Source: Malacoraja senta (lineage: Eukaryota). Taken from it: 64,000 nt of DNA. The notes beneath the pieces were generated by a model. The model ran no database searches. It saw only the letters and a program-made list of their open reading frames with translations, and had not been told where the DNA came from. How positions within the stretch are numbered: the stretch's first letter is position 1; each line of letters opens with the position of its first letter. The stretch spans positions 1 to 64,000 of the forward strand of contig JAXLNO010001854.1 of assembly GCA_038087875.1 (NCBI GenBank), given 5' to 3'. The translations under genes and the position numbers were made by a program. Below, one piece after another: positions 11,789 to 23,500 of this stretch.

Positions 11789-13151
11789 CCTACCAGATAA
11801 TGAAATGCCTGGTTAGTTGATGGGAAAGGAAGTTTTCAGTAATGGGAGAGTCTAGCACAGCCTCACAATAAAAATACCTACCTTCAATATGGAGATGAGG
11901 AGGAATCTCTTTAGTCACAGGGTGGTGAATCTGTGGAATTCATTGATACAAACAGCTGTGTGGGTCAAGTCATTGCATATTTTTCAAGCAGAGATTGATA
12001 GGTTCTTGATGAGTACGGGTGACAAAGGTTACAGGGAGAAGGCTAGAGAATGGGATTTAGCGGTAAAAAATAGATCTGCTATGACTGAATGGTGGAGTAG
12101 ACTCAATGGACTTGAAAGGCATAATTCCGCTCCAATATCTTATGGTCAAAATTATTCTTATGTCACCCTTAACTCACCCATCCAAATGTAGGAACAGTGG
12201 AAGCAAGATAGGCTGATCCTGGACAAGGTCTCTTATCTTCTTCCTTGGGCATCTAGCTAATTTTCTGATAGTAGCTAGCTACACAAAAGACCAATAGTGG
12301 TGCCATATTATCAGGCTGAAGTAGCAGCACCTGTTCTGTAGCTGACTTATTTGTTCCAGACAAGACCTCTGCAAAGATCTTCACACCAGGGCCAAGCTGA
12401 CATGGTTAAGATTGCTGGTCAGTACAAATAGACAGTAGTGTTAATGTCTGTGTGTGCCTATGTGTGTGTGTGTGGGCTCATGTGTGTGAGACAGTGAGGG
12501 GGAGAGAGAGAGAAAGAGAGAGCATGTGTATGTGAGAAAATTAAACTCAGATATCATTGAAATATCAGCAAAGATTAAAACCTTTGAAGTTTTATCAACT
12601 ATAAATGGGTTCACTTTTATTTGCTATAATAACAATCATCAACATAAGAAAATGGCCTTGTTGACCTCTACACTGTAAATAGTCATCTATTTCTGACGTA
12701 CTTGATTCTTTAAATTCTTAATTAAATGCTGCAGATAAAATCTCAATACCTCAATGCTAATATGAACTTAATGATTTTTCATTGATCATTTTAAGCACAT
12801 CCATCCTCTGTATAAATACTTAAATCTAAAACGTTATTACTTTTTAATTAGATATGAACAGTGCTACTTTAATTTAGATAATAAAATCATTACAATGTTG
12901 TTATTGATCACTAAATGTTTAAAATGCACTATACAGTGGCTTGCAAAAGTTTTCATACCCCTTGAACTTTTCCACATTTTGTCACGTTACAACCACAAAC
13001 GTAAATGTATTTTATTGGGATTTTATGTGATAGACCAACACAAAGTGGTGCATAATTGTGAAGTGGAAGGAAAATGATACATGGTTTTCAAATTTTGTTA
13101 CAAATAAAAAACTGAAAAGTGTCGCGTGCAAAAGTATTCAGCCCCCCTGAG

Positions 13152-14172
13152 TCAATACTTTGTAGAACCACCTTTCGCTGCAATTACAGCTGCAAGTCTT
13201 TTGGGGTATATCTCTACCAGCTTTGCACATCTAGAGACTGACATTTTGCCCATTCTTCTTTGCAAAATAGGTCAAGCTCAGTCAGATTGGATGGAGAGCA
13301 TCTGTGAACAGCAATTTTCAAGTCTTGCCAGAGATTCTCAATTGGATTTAGGTCTGGACTTTGACTGGGCCATTCTAACACATGAATACGCTTTGATCTA
13401 AACCATTCCATTGTAGCTCTGGCTGTATGTTTAGGGTCGTTGTCCTGCTGGAAGGTGAACTTCCGCCCCGGTCTCAAGTCTTTTGCAGACTCTAACAGGT
13501 TTTCTTCCAAAATTGCCCTGTATTTGGCTCCATCCATCTTCCCCCATCAACTCTGACCAGCTTCCCTGTCCCTGCTGAAGAAAAGCATCCCCACAGCATA
13601 ATGCTGCCACCACCATGTTTCACAGTGGGGATGGTGTGTTCAGGGTGATGTGCAGTGTTAGGTTTCCGCCACACATAGCGTTTTGCATTTAGGCCAAAAA
13701 CTTCAATTTTGGTCTCATCTGACCAGAGCACCTTCCTCCACATGTTTGCTGTGTCCCCCACATGGCTTGTGGCAAACTGCAAATGGGACTTCTTATGGGC
13801 TTTTTTCAACAATGGCTTTCTTCTTGCCACTCTTCCATAAAGGCCCGATTTGTGGAGTGCACGACTAATAGTTTTCCTGTGGACAGATTCTCCCACCTGA
13901 GCTGTGGATCTCTGCAGCTCCTGCAGAGTTACCATGGGCCTCTTGGCTGCTTCTCTGATCAATGCTCTCCTTGCCCGGCCTGTCAGTTTAGGTGGACGGC
14001 CATGTCTTGGTAGGTTTGCAGTTGTGCCATACTCTTTCCATTTTCGGATGATGGATTGAACAGTGCTCCGTGAGATGTTCAAAGCTTGGGATATTTATTT
14101 ATAACCTAACCCTGTTTTAAACTTCTCCACAACTTTATCCCTGACCTGTCTGGTGTGTTCCTTTGGCTTCAT
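13152..14172 (-). pseudogene. Tc1 transposase (DD34E), one stop and two frameshifts
   Basis: [65 protein letters not shown] (34 aa) [11 protein letters not shown], ends KGGSTKY*. Confidence 0.96.
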
Positions 14173-14253
14173 GATGTTGTTTGTTCACTAATGTTCTCTA
14201 ACAAACCTCTGAGGCCTTCACAGAACAGCTGTATTTATACTGAGATTAGATTA

Positions 14254-14606
14254 ATAATAATAATAATAATAATGGATGGGATTTATATAGCGCCTTTCTA
14301 ATACTCGGCGCTTTACATCGCATTATTCATTCACTCCTCAGTCACACTCGGTGGTGGTGAGCTACTTCTGTAGCCACAGCTGCCCTGGGGCAGACTGACG
14401 GAAGCATGGCTGCTAATCTGCGCCTACGGCCCCTCCGACCACCACCAATCACTCACACACATTCACACACATTCACACGCAGGCAAAGGTGGGTGAAGTG
14501 TCTTGCCCAAGGACACAACGACAGTATGCACTCCAAGCGGGATTCGAACCGGCTACCTTCCGGTTGCCAGCCGAACACTTAGCCCATTGCGCCATCTGTC
14601 GTCCCG
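14254..14606 (-). mobile_element. tRNA-derived SINE nested in the Tc1 5' region
   Basis: Minus strand starts GGGACGACAGATGGCGCAATGG (A box) ... GGTTCGAATCCC (B box); LINE-like tail ending (ATT)n; AGATTA target duplication (14248-53, 14607-12). Confidence 0.88.
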
Positions 14607-14923
14607 AGATTACACACAAGTGGACTCTATTTACTAATAAGGTGACTTCTGAAGGCAATTGGTTGCACTGGATTTTATTTAGGGGTATCAGAGTAAAGGG
14701 GGCTGAATATTTTCGCACGCGACACTTTTCAGTTTTTTTATTGTAAAAAAATTTGAAAACCATGTATAATTTTCCTTCCACTTCACAATTATGTGCCACT
14801 TTATGTTGGTCTATCACATAAAATCCCAATAAAATACATTTACGCTTGTGGTTGTAACGTGACAAAATGTGGAAAAGTTCAAGGGGTATGAATACTTTTG
14901 CAAGCCACTGTATATGCCAACAG

Positions 14924-15057
14924 AGAGGGCAGTGAAAGAAGATATGAAGATTAGGATCGTGACTGGAGCTGTAATTGTTCCTCTCATTCTCCTGGGGATC
15001 ATCCTTGGAATTGGTTGCTGGAAGAAGAGGAAAAAGAGAAAACCTTTCAATGAACAG
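14924..15057 (+). CDS. Connecting peptide/transmembrane/basic stop-transfer exon of the class I gene
   Basis: caacag|AG phase 1; (E)RAVKEDMKIRIVTGAVIVPLILLGIILGIGCWKKRKKRKPFNEQ; hydrophobic helix then polybasic stretch; likely phase-0 donor CAG|GTACCA. Confidence 0.85.
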
Positions 15058-16037
15058 GTACCAGCTGACAACAGCAGAGACCAGGAGAGGACCATGAAGC
15101 ACAATCAGCTTCCTTTGGGATGCAGAGGAGGTCTACCGGAATGATGCCTGGATTAGTGGGGTATTAGCCACAGGGAGAAGTTGGACAGACTGGACAGTTG
15201 GATTGTTTTCTCTGGAATGTCGGGGATTGAGGGGAGACCTGACAGTAATATATCAAACTGGGAGGAGTAGAGATAGGGTAGACCATCAGACTTTTTACCC
15301 AGGAAGGAAATATCAAATAAGAGCAGGTATTGCTTTACAATGAGTGGCAAAGTTAAAAAAAGATGTGCAGGACAAGTGTTTTACGCCAAGGGTGGTGAGT
15401 GACTGGAATATGCTGCTGGAGGTGGTGGTGGAAGCAGATATGATAGTGGCATTTAAGAGACTTTTAGATAGGCACATGTATATGCAGGGAATGGATGGAT
15501 ATGGATTATGTGCAAGCAGATAACAATTGGTCTTGGCATCATGTTCGGCACAAACATTGTGGGTCAAAGGGCCTGTTCTTGTGCTGTACTGTTCTATGCT
15601 CTTTATTGTATCAATGCTGACTGATGACTTTACATTCAGCCATTAATTTTTCAAATGCTGTCTTCACTGCAGTTACCCTGTGATTCCAAAGTCATACATT
15701 GCGCCACATTTTGGAATAAAAGGTCGCCTATTTGATTGATTGATACTTTATTATCACATGTGACATGTCACAGTGAAATTCTTTGCTTTGCATAACATAC
15801 ACAAGGTATACATACACAAGTCACCATGTATAGGGTGTCGACACAGTTACAAAGTAATCATTACAGTCCCCAATGGTCCCTCTTTGTTCTCGGCAGCCCC
15901 TCCATGTTGGGTTCACCTGTGTTATCCGCGCCCCCTCCCCCCCCAACCCCGGGACCCTCTTTGTTATCTTTGTTCTCGGCAGTCCTCCCATGTTGGGTCC
16001 CTCTTTAAAATAGTTACGAAGAAGATTTATTTTCCAG

Positions 16038-16084
16038 GAGGTGTATGATTTGCCTGAACTTTCTATTCCAGCTGTGAAGACAAG
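16038..16084 (+). CDS. Probable cytoplasmic-tail exon of the class I gene
   Basis: Strong acceptor ttattttccag| and donor AAG|GTGAAT; fully open in phase 0, matching the TM donor: EVYDLPELSIPAVKT(S/R). Confidence 0.4.
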
Positions 16085-18633
16085 GTGAATGAATATTTTC
16101 TAGGTTGAGATATAGAGAATTTTAGATCAGAAATGAATCAAAAATTGCAGGAATTATGCAGTAAACTGATCAAAATCAGATTGGACATAATGTTATTGAA
16201 TGATGCAGTCTGTTCAAGGGGACTTACAGCTGATTACTAATCTTATTTTATATAAAACATAAAAATGTTCATCTCAGGAAGAGGCCCTTTGGCCCACAAT
16301 GTCTGTGGTGAACATGATGAGATGCTAAACTGATCCCATCCAACTGCAACATGATCCATATCCCTCTATTTCCTGCAGATCAGTTTGTCGATCTAAAAGC
16401 CTCTCAAACATCATATACATATCTTGCCAGAGATAGACACAAAAAGTTGGAGAAACTCACCGGGTCAGTCAGCATCTCTGGATACAAGGCATAGGTGACA
16501 TTTCGGGATGAGACCCTTGTTCAGACTCCAGAAATGCTGTTTGACCCGCTGAGTCACTCCAGCTTTTTGAGCCTATCTTCGGGTTAAACCTGCATCTGCA
16601 GTTCGTTCCTAGTTATTTTGCCACTTCTCTTTGTCACATACTGTAACCTGCATTCCTTGTTCACATACCTGATGGTCTAGTGGAGAAGTAATTGCCTTTG
16701 CATTTAATGCTTCACTCAGTGCTTCAAGTATTTGATGGGCCAGTCAACAAGGATCTTTGTTTTCAATACGAACCACGCTCTACACCACAGCTTAGATAAT
16801 ATTGCTTAGTTTAGTTGAGTGATACAGCATGGATGCAGAGCCTTCAGCTCATCGAGTTGATACCAACCATCCAACACACCAGTTCTGTTATCCCTCTTTC
16901 ACATCCTCTTTCCATACACTAGGGCAATTTTACAAAGGCCAACTCACCTACAAACCTGTACATCACTGAGATGTGCGAGGAAACCGGAGCACCGGGAGAA
17001 ATCCCACGTGGTCACAGGGAGAACATGCAAACTCCACATAGACAACATCCCAGTACCATGTCATGTGAATATTTATGGAACATGGTAACGTATGGGGGCT
17101 GTGTTTTGTTGACCTGACAGATCACAGGTAACAATACTCATTATCAAAGCTGTGGTGTAATAGCTGTGGAAGTGTTTTATGTGCAACAGACTGAGAATTT
17201 CATTGTATATCCACCAGTGTCATTTCTGAATTATGAGCATTTAATAAAATACTTTTGAATGAGTTTTACCAAGACGTTAGCATGCTACACTGACCTATAT
17301 ACTTGTTTTGTCATTGTTAATACTACAGACAGCTATTTACTCAATCATAAGATCATAAGATCATAAGTGATAGGAACAGAATTAGGCCATTCGTCCCATC
17401 AATCATGGCTGATCTATCCTATCCTCCAAACCACATTTTCCTACCTTCTCCCCATAACCCCCGACACCCGTTCTATTCAAGAATCTATCTAGCTCTGCCA
17501 TAAAAAAATATCCATTGACGGCCTCCACAGCCTTCTGTGGCAGAATTCCACAGATTCACCACCCTCTGAATAAAGAAATTCCTCCTCATCTCCTTCCTAA
17601 AGGAGTGTACTTTAATTGTGAGGCTTTGCCCTCTGGTGAGATGCTGACACTAGTGGAAACATCCTCTCAACATCCACTCTATCCAGGCCTTTCACTATCA
17701 GGTAAGTTTCAATGAGGTTTCCCTCATCCTTCTAAACTCCAGCGAGTAGAGGCCTAGTGCCGTCAAATGCTCATTTGAACAGAATAACAACAACTTTACT
17801 CTTCATATAACCAATTGTCAAAACTCACACCTCCACATTCAGGGACAGTCTCTTCCCAATTGTTATCAGGTAACTGAAACCATCCTACCAACAACCAGGG
17901 TGCAGTCTTGAACTACTGTCTCCTGCATTGGAGATCCTTGGACAATCTTTGATCGGACTTTACTGCCTTTATCTTGCACCAAACGTTATTGACGTTATTC
18001 CCTTTATCATATATCTGTACACTATGGATGGCTCGATTGTAATCATGTATTGTCTTTCCACTGACTGGTTAGCACATTTAGTTTAGTTTAGTTTAGAGAT
18101 ACAGGGCAGAAACAGGGTCCGCACCAATTCCCGCACACTAACACTATCCTACACACACTTGGAACAGGTTTACATTTATACCAACCCAATTAACCTACAT
18201 ACCCATAGTCAAGATCAAACCCGGCTGTGTGGCACATAAGGCAGCAACTCCAGTGTTGCATCACCATGTTGCCCTTATTGTTGTAGGATGTGCAGGGAAT
18301 GGAGGTATATTATGTGCCGGCAGATAGGAGTTGGTCTTGGCATCATGTTCAACACAGACATTGTGGGCCAAAGGGCCTGTTCCTGTGTTGTACTGATCTA
18401 TTGTGGTGATTGTGAAAACACATAATAATTACTTGATTGCTGATATCTTAAGTGTATTTACTAGGTACATTAAATATTCAGACAAAACTAAATTCCATTC
18501 CCGAGTCATCTAATTCCCACACCCTAGTCAGCATGAAACATCAACTTTCTTGATGTACTGATATTTATTTTCTGTTAATATTTAACTGTGAGTTTAATGT
18601 TACACCAAATGATAATTGGCTTGTTTCCATCAG

Positions 18634-18670
18634 TGTTTGCAATCTGGACGACCCTGAATTTATTGCTTAG
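18634..18670 (+). CDS. Possible terminal coding exon of the class I gene
   Basis: Acceptor ttgtttccatcag|; in phase 2 it reads (S)VCNLDDPEFIA*, in unique sequence; other frames are not excluded. Confidence 0.22.
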
Positions 18671-19959
18671 GTGTGAGATTCATCGCAAGGACTGAGATGA
18701 GGCAGAAACCTGACTGTTACAGACTTTTTGGAGGGGTTTGCAAGATTTTGACCCAACACCTCTGAAGGCAAGACAATATATTTACAAGCAGCCTCAACCG
18801 CACCTCAGACAGTGCCATCCAGGCACTCGTCACTGTCTGTGAAAAAACATGCCCTGCACATTTCCTTTAAACATTCATCTTAAAACTATGCCCTCTTGTA
18901 TTTAATGTTTCCATCCATGTTGAGTTTAGTTTATTTTAGTTTAGAGATACAGCGTGGAAACAGGCCCTTCGGCCCACCGAGTCCGCACCGACTAGTGATC
19001 CCTGGGCATTAGCACTATCCTACACACACTCGGGACGATTTACACATACACCAAGCCAATTAATCTACATACCTGTACATCTTTGGAGTGTGGGAGGAAA
19101 CCGAAGATCTCTGAGAAAACCCATGCTGTCATGGAGAGAACGTACAAACTCCACACGTACAGCACCCATGGTCGGGATCGAACCTGGGTCTCCCACGCTG
19201 CAAGCGCTGTAAAGCAGCAACTCTACCACTGCGCCACAGTGACTGCCCCTGTTCTGACTATCTATCCTATCTATACCTCTCATAGTTTTATGTACTTCTA
19301 TCCGGTGTCCCATCAAACTCCGGCATTGTAGCGGAAGCAATCCATGTCTGTCCATATGTTTCATGTAGCCAACACACCCTAGTTGAGGCATCATTCTTGT
19401 AAACCTCTGCACCCTTTCCAATGCCTCTACATCCTTTATGTAATGGGTCAACAAAAACTACACATAATACTCCAAATGTGGACTATCCAGCCCTATAAAA
19501 CTGTATTATGACTTCCTGTCTCTAGAAACCCAAGATTCAACCCCAAGATCTCTCTGTAGATTAATGCTGTTAAGGGTCTTGCCAATAACTGTATACTTTT
19601 CCTTTACATTCGACCACTCAAAGTGTAACATACTTGCTCAAAATGAACTCCATTTGCAATTTTCTGCCCATTTCTGTATCTGATGTATTTCCCATTGTAC
19701 ACTTGGGCAGCCTTCTTCACTGTTCGCAACTCCATCAATGTTGGTGGCGCCTGCAAACTAACTAACCAACCCAACCACTGGGTGGCGCCAGCAATGGCTG
19801 TCTCGCCAACAGTCTGTCTGTCCCTTCCTTCTTTGTGTTTTAACAGTTTGTGTTAAATCAGGGGTTGGCAACCTACGGCCCAGATCCGGTCTGTAACTCG
19901 AAATCATCCGGCACGCAGGCGTAACACAAAACACACACAACACTTATCCGAGAGTAGTT

Positions 19960-19994
<35 letters not shown>

Positions 19995-20024
19995 CCAATT
20001 CCATATCACAATACCTGTCGACTC

Positions 20025-20342
20025 AAGGGCCTGTCCCACTGTACGAGCTAATTCAAGAGTTCTCCCGAGTTTCCCATGATTCGAACTCGGAGAATTACAG
20101 TAATAGCCGCTCGTAGGTACTCGGGGCTCTCGTGGACATTTTTCAACACGTTTAAAAATCTTCACGAGTCTTCACGAGCTTACCGCGTTTCCTGAGTACA
20201 TGCCGTTAGCATTACGAGCCACTAAGAGACGTCCCGAGCTCCGACGTACCCGCTACGTACATTCTACGTACTTACCACGAGTTTGATTTTTTTTAAACTC
20301 GGGAGAGCTCTTGAATTACCTCGTACAGTGGGACAGGCCCTT
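20025..20342. mobile_element. MITE with long TIRs (possibly PIF/Harbinger)
   Basis: AAGGGCCTGTCCCACTGTACGAG(C/G)TAATTCAAGAG(T/C)TCTCCCGAG TIRs of about 45 bp, no ORF; TSD ambiguous (TAA-like). Confidence 0.85.
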
Positions 20343-20399
20343 AAATCTTTCTCCCCGTCCCTACCCTTCCACCCCCTCTTCCATCCTCCCGACCACCCG

Positions 20400-20555
20400 A
20401 AGTGAAAGCGCCCCCCCCCCACCTCGGTGCTGCGGCTTGTGTGAAACTGCAGCGGGATGAGAGCGACTTCGACAACGCTGTGCTGGAGCGGTTTCTTCGG
20501 GAGCCCAGCGGTGGACGGGCTGGAGGAAAACAAAGCATCAGCGAGGTCGGTGAGC
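20400..20555 (+). promoter_or_regulatory. Small CpG-rich island ending in a strong donor; candidate first exon
   Basis: CpG-rich unique sequence, ATG at 20457, G|GTGAGC donor at 20549/50, IRF-like half sites AAGTGAAAG (~20400) and GTGAAACT (~20441). Confidence 0.35.
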
Positions 20556-23500
20556 AATTCCGCTCCGGCCACAGTGTTGCACTTTAGTCGTATTTGTCCC
20601 GGGGGTAATTGTCTTTTTGTTACGATTTTTTAAAACTATAATTAATTAATTATTAACTATGGTGACAGATGTGGCCCTCCATCCACTCACAGACATGGGT
20701 CCTGGCTCCTATGCAGAACAAGGATGCTGACCCATGTGTTAAATGTATGTTTTTAGTGTTCTTTAGCTTGTTTTACGTGGGGTGGGGTGTGGGGTTGGGG
20801 GAAACCTTTTCTAATATCTTACCTCGATGGAGATGCGATTTTTTTCTGTATCGTATCTCGGTCCGCACTGCAGCCTAACATCCAGGAGTAGCCGTCCTTT
20901 GGTGGAGGCCGACTTTTGACAGCTCCACCACGGGAGCCTGCGGAGTTACCATCACGCAGCTCACAATCTCTTTGCCAGGGATCGACCTCGGAGCTCCAAC
21001 TGTGGGTGCTTGCGGACTTAACATCACGGAGCTCGCGGTCTCTGGTCAGAGACCGACCTCGGGAGCTCCAAGCCGCAGGTGCTTTGACCACCCCAACACA
21101 GGAGCTTCTATCGCCCTGACACAGGTGCTTCAACTGCCCCGACCGCGGGAGAATAAAAAGAAAGAAGATTGGACTTTTTTGCCTTCCATCACAGTGAGTA
21201 ATGTGGGAATCTGCCGTGGTGGATGTTTATGTTAACTTTTATGTCATTGTGTCTTGTTGCTTGTCTTGGGCCAGGGGTGGGATCCAGTACAGGCAACGCC
21301 AACAACTTTAATGACAATCAAAATAAGAATGCAAGGAAACAACAAGAGATCCAATCAGAACATAGACACAACATGCTGGAGTAACTCGTCGGGAAGAGAA
21401 GGAATGGGTGACATTTTGGGTCGAGACCCTTCTTCAGGCTGATGTCAGGGGAATGGGAGGTCGATAGATAAGGAAGTGTATAGATAAGGACGTGTAAGAT
21501 GTGAAAACAGGACAAAGGGAATGGAGATCAAGGAAAATGTAGCAGCAAAGGAAAGAGATAAAGAAGGGAGACTCTCGGAAAAGATTGACAAGGGGGGAGA
21601 TCTGCTACATAGTGAGAAGCTGTGGTAAATATATCACCTTTATTTAACAGCAAGCTGCTTCGATAAACAAATAAGTAACAAGCCAACAGATGGTTACACT
21701 GATAAAGTTATACCAACAAGGGTGTTTGCAGGTTCAAGTGCAACATAAACTCTGGCCTTGAAGTATGATACTGTTTGGTTGGTTTCTGTGTGCGTACACA
21801 ATGAGATTCTTTACAATGTAAATCAGAATATGAAAAACGGAGAAAAAAGTAAAATATATAGATTCATTCTTGTAAAACCTTTCACAACATTTTAAAAACA
21901 TTTAGAACCACTGAGTATTTCTTGAAATGTAAACACTATTGAATGAATAAACAGAGAACATTGAGCAGGATCACACAGGGATAAGCCCTAGCATCACAAC
22001 GTCTGTGCTGGCTATGTTGCCTTTACAAACTAATCCCATCTTCCTGCACATTGTCTATCCAGACTGAAGAAGGGCATCGATCCAAAACATCACCCAGTCC
22101 TTCTCTCCTGAGATGCTGCCTTTCCCGCTGAGTTACTCAAGATTTTTGTGTCTACCTTTGGTTTAAACCGGCATCTGCTGTTCCTTTCCACACACCCCTT
22201 CATTTCCTCTCTGTTCACATGTCACGACCCAAGAGAGACAAGAGAAAGCTTCTTTAATGAAATGTCTAATTAAATGTTCCAACAACAGAACAATTACATT
22301 ATTACATGCAGCAGCCTAACAGGCCCATAAACAGAGTATAAATAGATAAACAAGATAATAATAAAAATAAAAAATAAAAGAGCCACTGTGTGGCGCGACA
22401 GTCAAAATCAATTTATTAGTTAACATAAAACATAGAGCAGTACCACATACATGCCTGTTTAAATGCCTTTAAACATTGCTATCATATCTGTTTCCACTAC
22501 TTCCTCTGACAGCAGGCTCCAAGCACCCACCACTCTCTGTGTAAAAAATCATTTAAGATTTTCTCCTCTCTACTCTGTGTCTCTCATAATTATATATACT
22601 TCCATCAGGTGTCCCCCACCCCCCTCATATTCCAACTCCACAAGAGCAAATGATCTAAGTTTGTCCAACCTGTCCTCACAGCTGACACTCTCAAACACTG
22701 CTTTCAATTTTCATTCAAAGGGAAATGTGATGAGCGACAGATGATCTGTGTTCTTCGGTGGCATCAACTGCAAGATAAATATCAATGAGGATTCTGGGAT
22801 TAACCTGTATTCCTTAAATAACGTTTTGGGATTATTTTTTAGAGGGCTGAAATATATATCAGTCCATTCAGCCCAGCGAATCCACACCAGTCATTGACCA
22901 TCCGTTCACACCAGTTCAGAGTTATCACATTTATGCATCACATTTTGACTTCACGGAGGCCAATTAAGCAACAAGCCAGCATGTGGTGTACGAGGAAGCT
23001 GGACCACCTGGAGGTAGCCAGCGCAGTCACAGGGGGAAGGTGCAAACTCCACACGGACAGTACTTGAGGGCAGGATCAAGGCCAGGTCATAAGGAATGGG
23101 TGTAGAATTAGGCCATTCGGCCCATCTAGTTCACTCCACCATTCAATCATTACTGATCTATCTCTCCCTCCTCACCCCAATTCTCCTGCCTTCTCCCCAT
23201 AACCTCGGACACTTGTACCAATCAAGAATCTATCTATCTTCGACTTAAAAATATCCAGACGGCCTCCACAGCCTTCTGTGGCAACAAATTCCATGGATTT
23301 GCCACCCTCTGCCTTAAGAAATTTCTCATCATCTTCCTAAAAGAACGTCCTTTAAATCTGAGGCTATGGCCTCCAGTCCTAGACTCTCTCACTAGTGGAT
23401 ACATCCTCTCCACATCCACTCTATCCAAACCATTCACTATTCTGTAGGTTTTAATGAGGTCCCCCCTCATTCTTCTAAACTCCAGAGAGTACAGACCCAG

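Larger units (their letters stand above)
7830..12150 (+). mobile_element. CR1-clade LINE 3' fragment, interrupted by the hAT element
   Basis: KANAMPAFISGGVEYK..YRALVKTHLEYCEQFWAPY (RT C-terminus) before 8275; RRNLFSHRVVNLWNSL after 11796. Confidence 0.85.
12934..14910 (-). mobile_element. Tc1-family (IR/DR type) DNA transposon, full length but defective
   Basis: TA target duplications (12932-33, 14911-12); about 210-bp TIRs (12934-~13145, ~14698-14910) starting CAGTGGCTTGCAAAAGT with an internal direct repeat (CAAAAGTATTCAGCCCC). Confidence 0.97.
3322..18670 (+). pseudogene. Non-classical MHC class I heavy-chain gene (alpha1-alpha2-alpha3-TM-cyt), probably a pseudogene or null allele; 3' limit tentative
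   Basis: Four consecutive phase-1 exons with canonical AG/GT sites encode recognisable class I domains; in-frame TAG at 6885-6887 in alpha3. Lineage (UBA/UCA/UEA etc.) cannot be assigned without phylogeny. Confidence 0.75.

Noticed and set aside
14540-14606. tRNA gene (A and B boxes)
   Set aside because: Head of a SINE with body, tail and TSD; the HE1-like SINE heads are likewise not tRNA genes.
15058-15144. Read-through cytoplasmic tail VPADNSRDQERTMKHNQLPLGCRGGLPE*
   Set aside because: The distal part runs into CR1-derived sequence, and a donor at 15058 with a frame-compatible downstream exon is the better model; not fully excluded.
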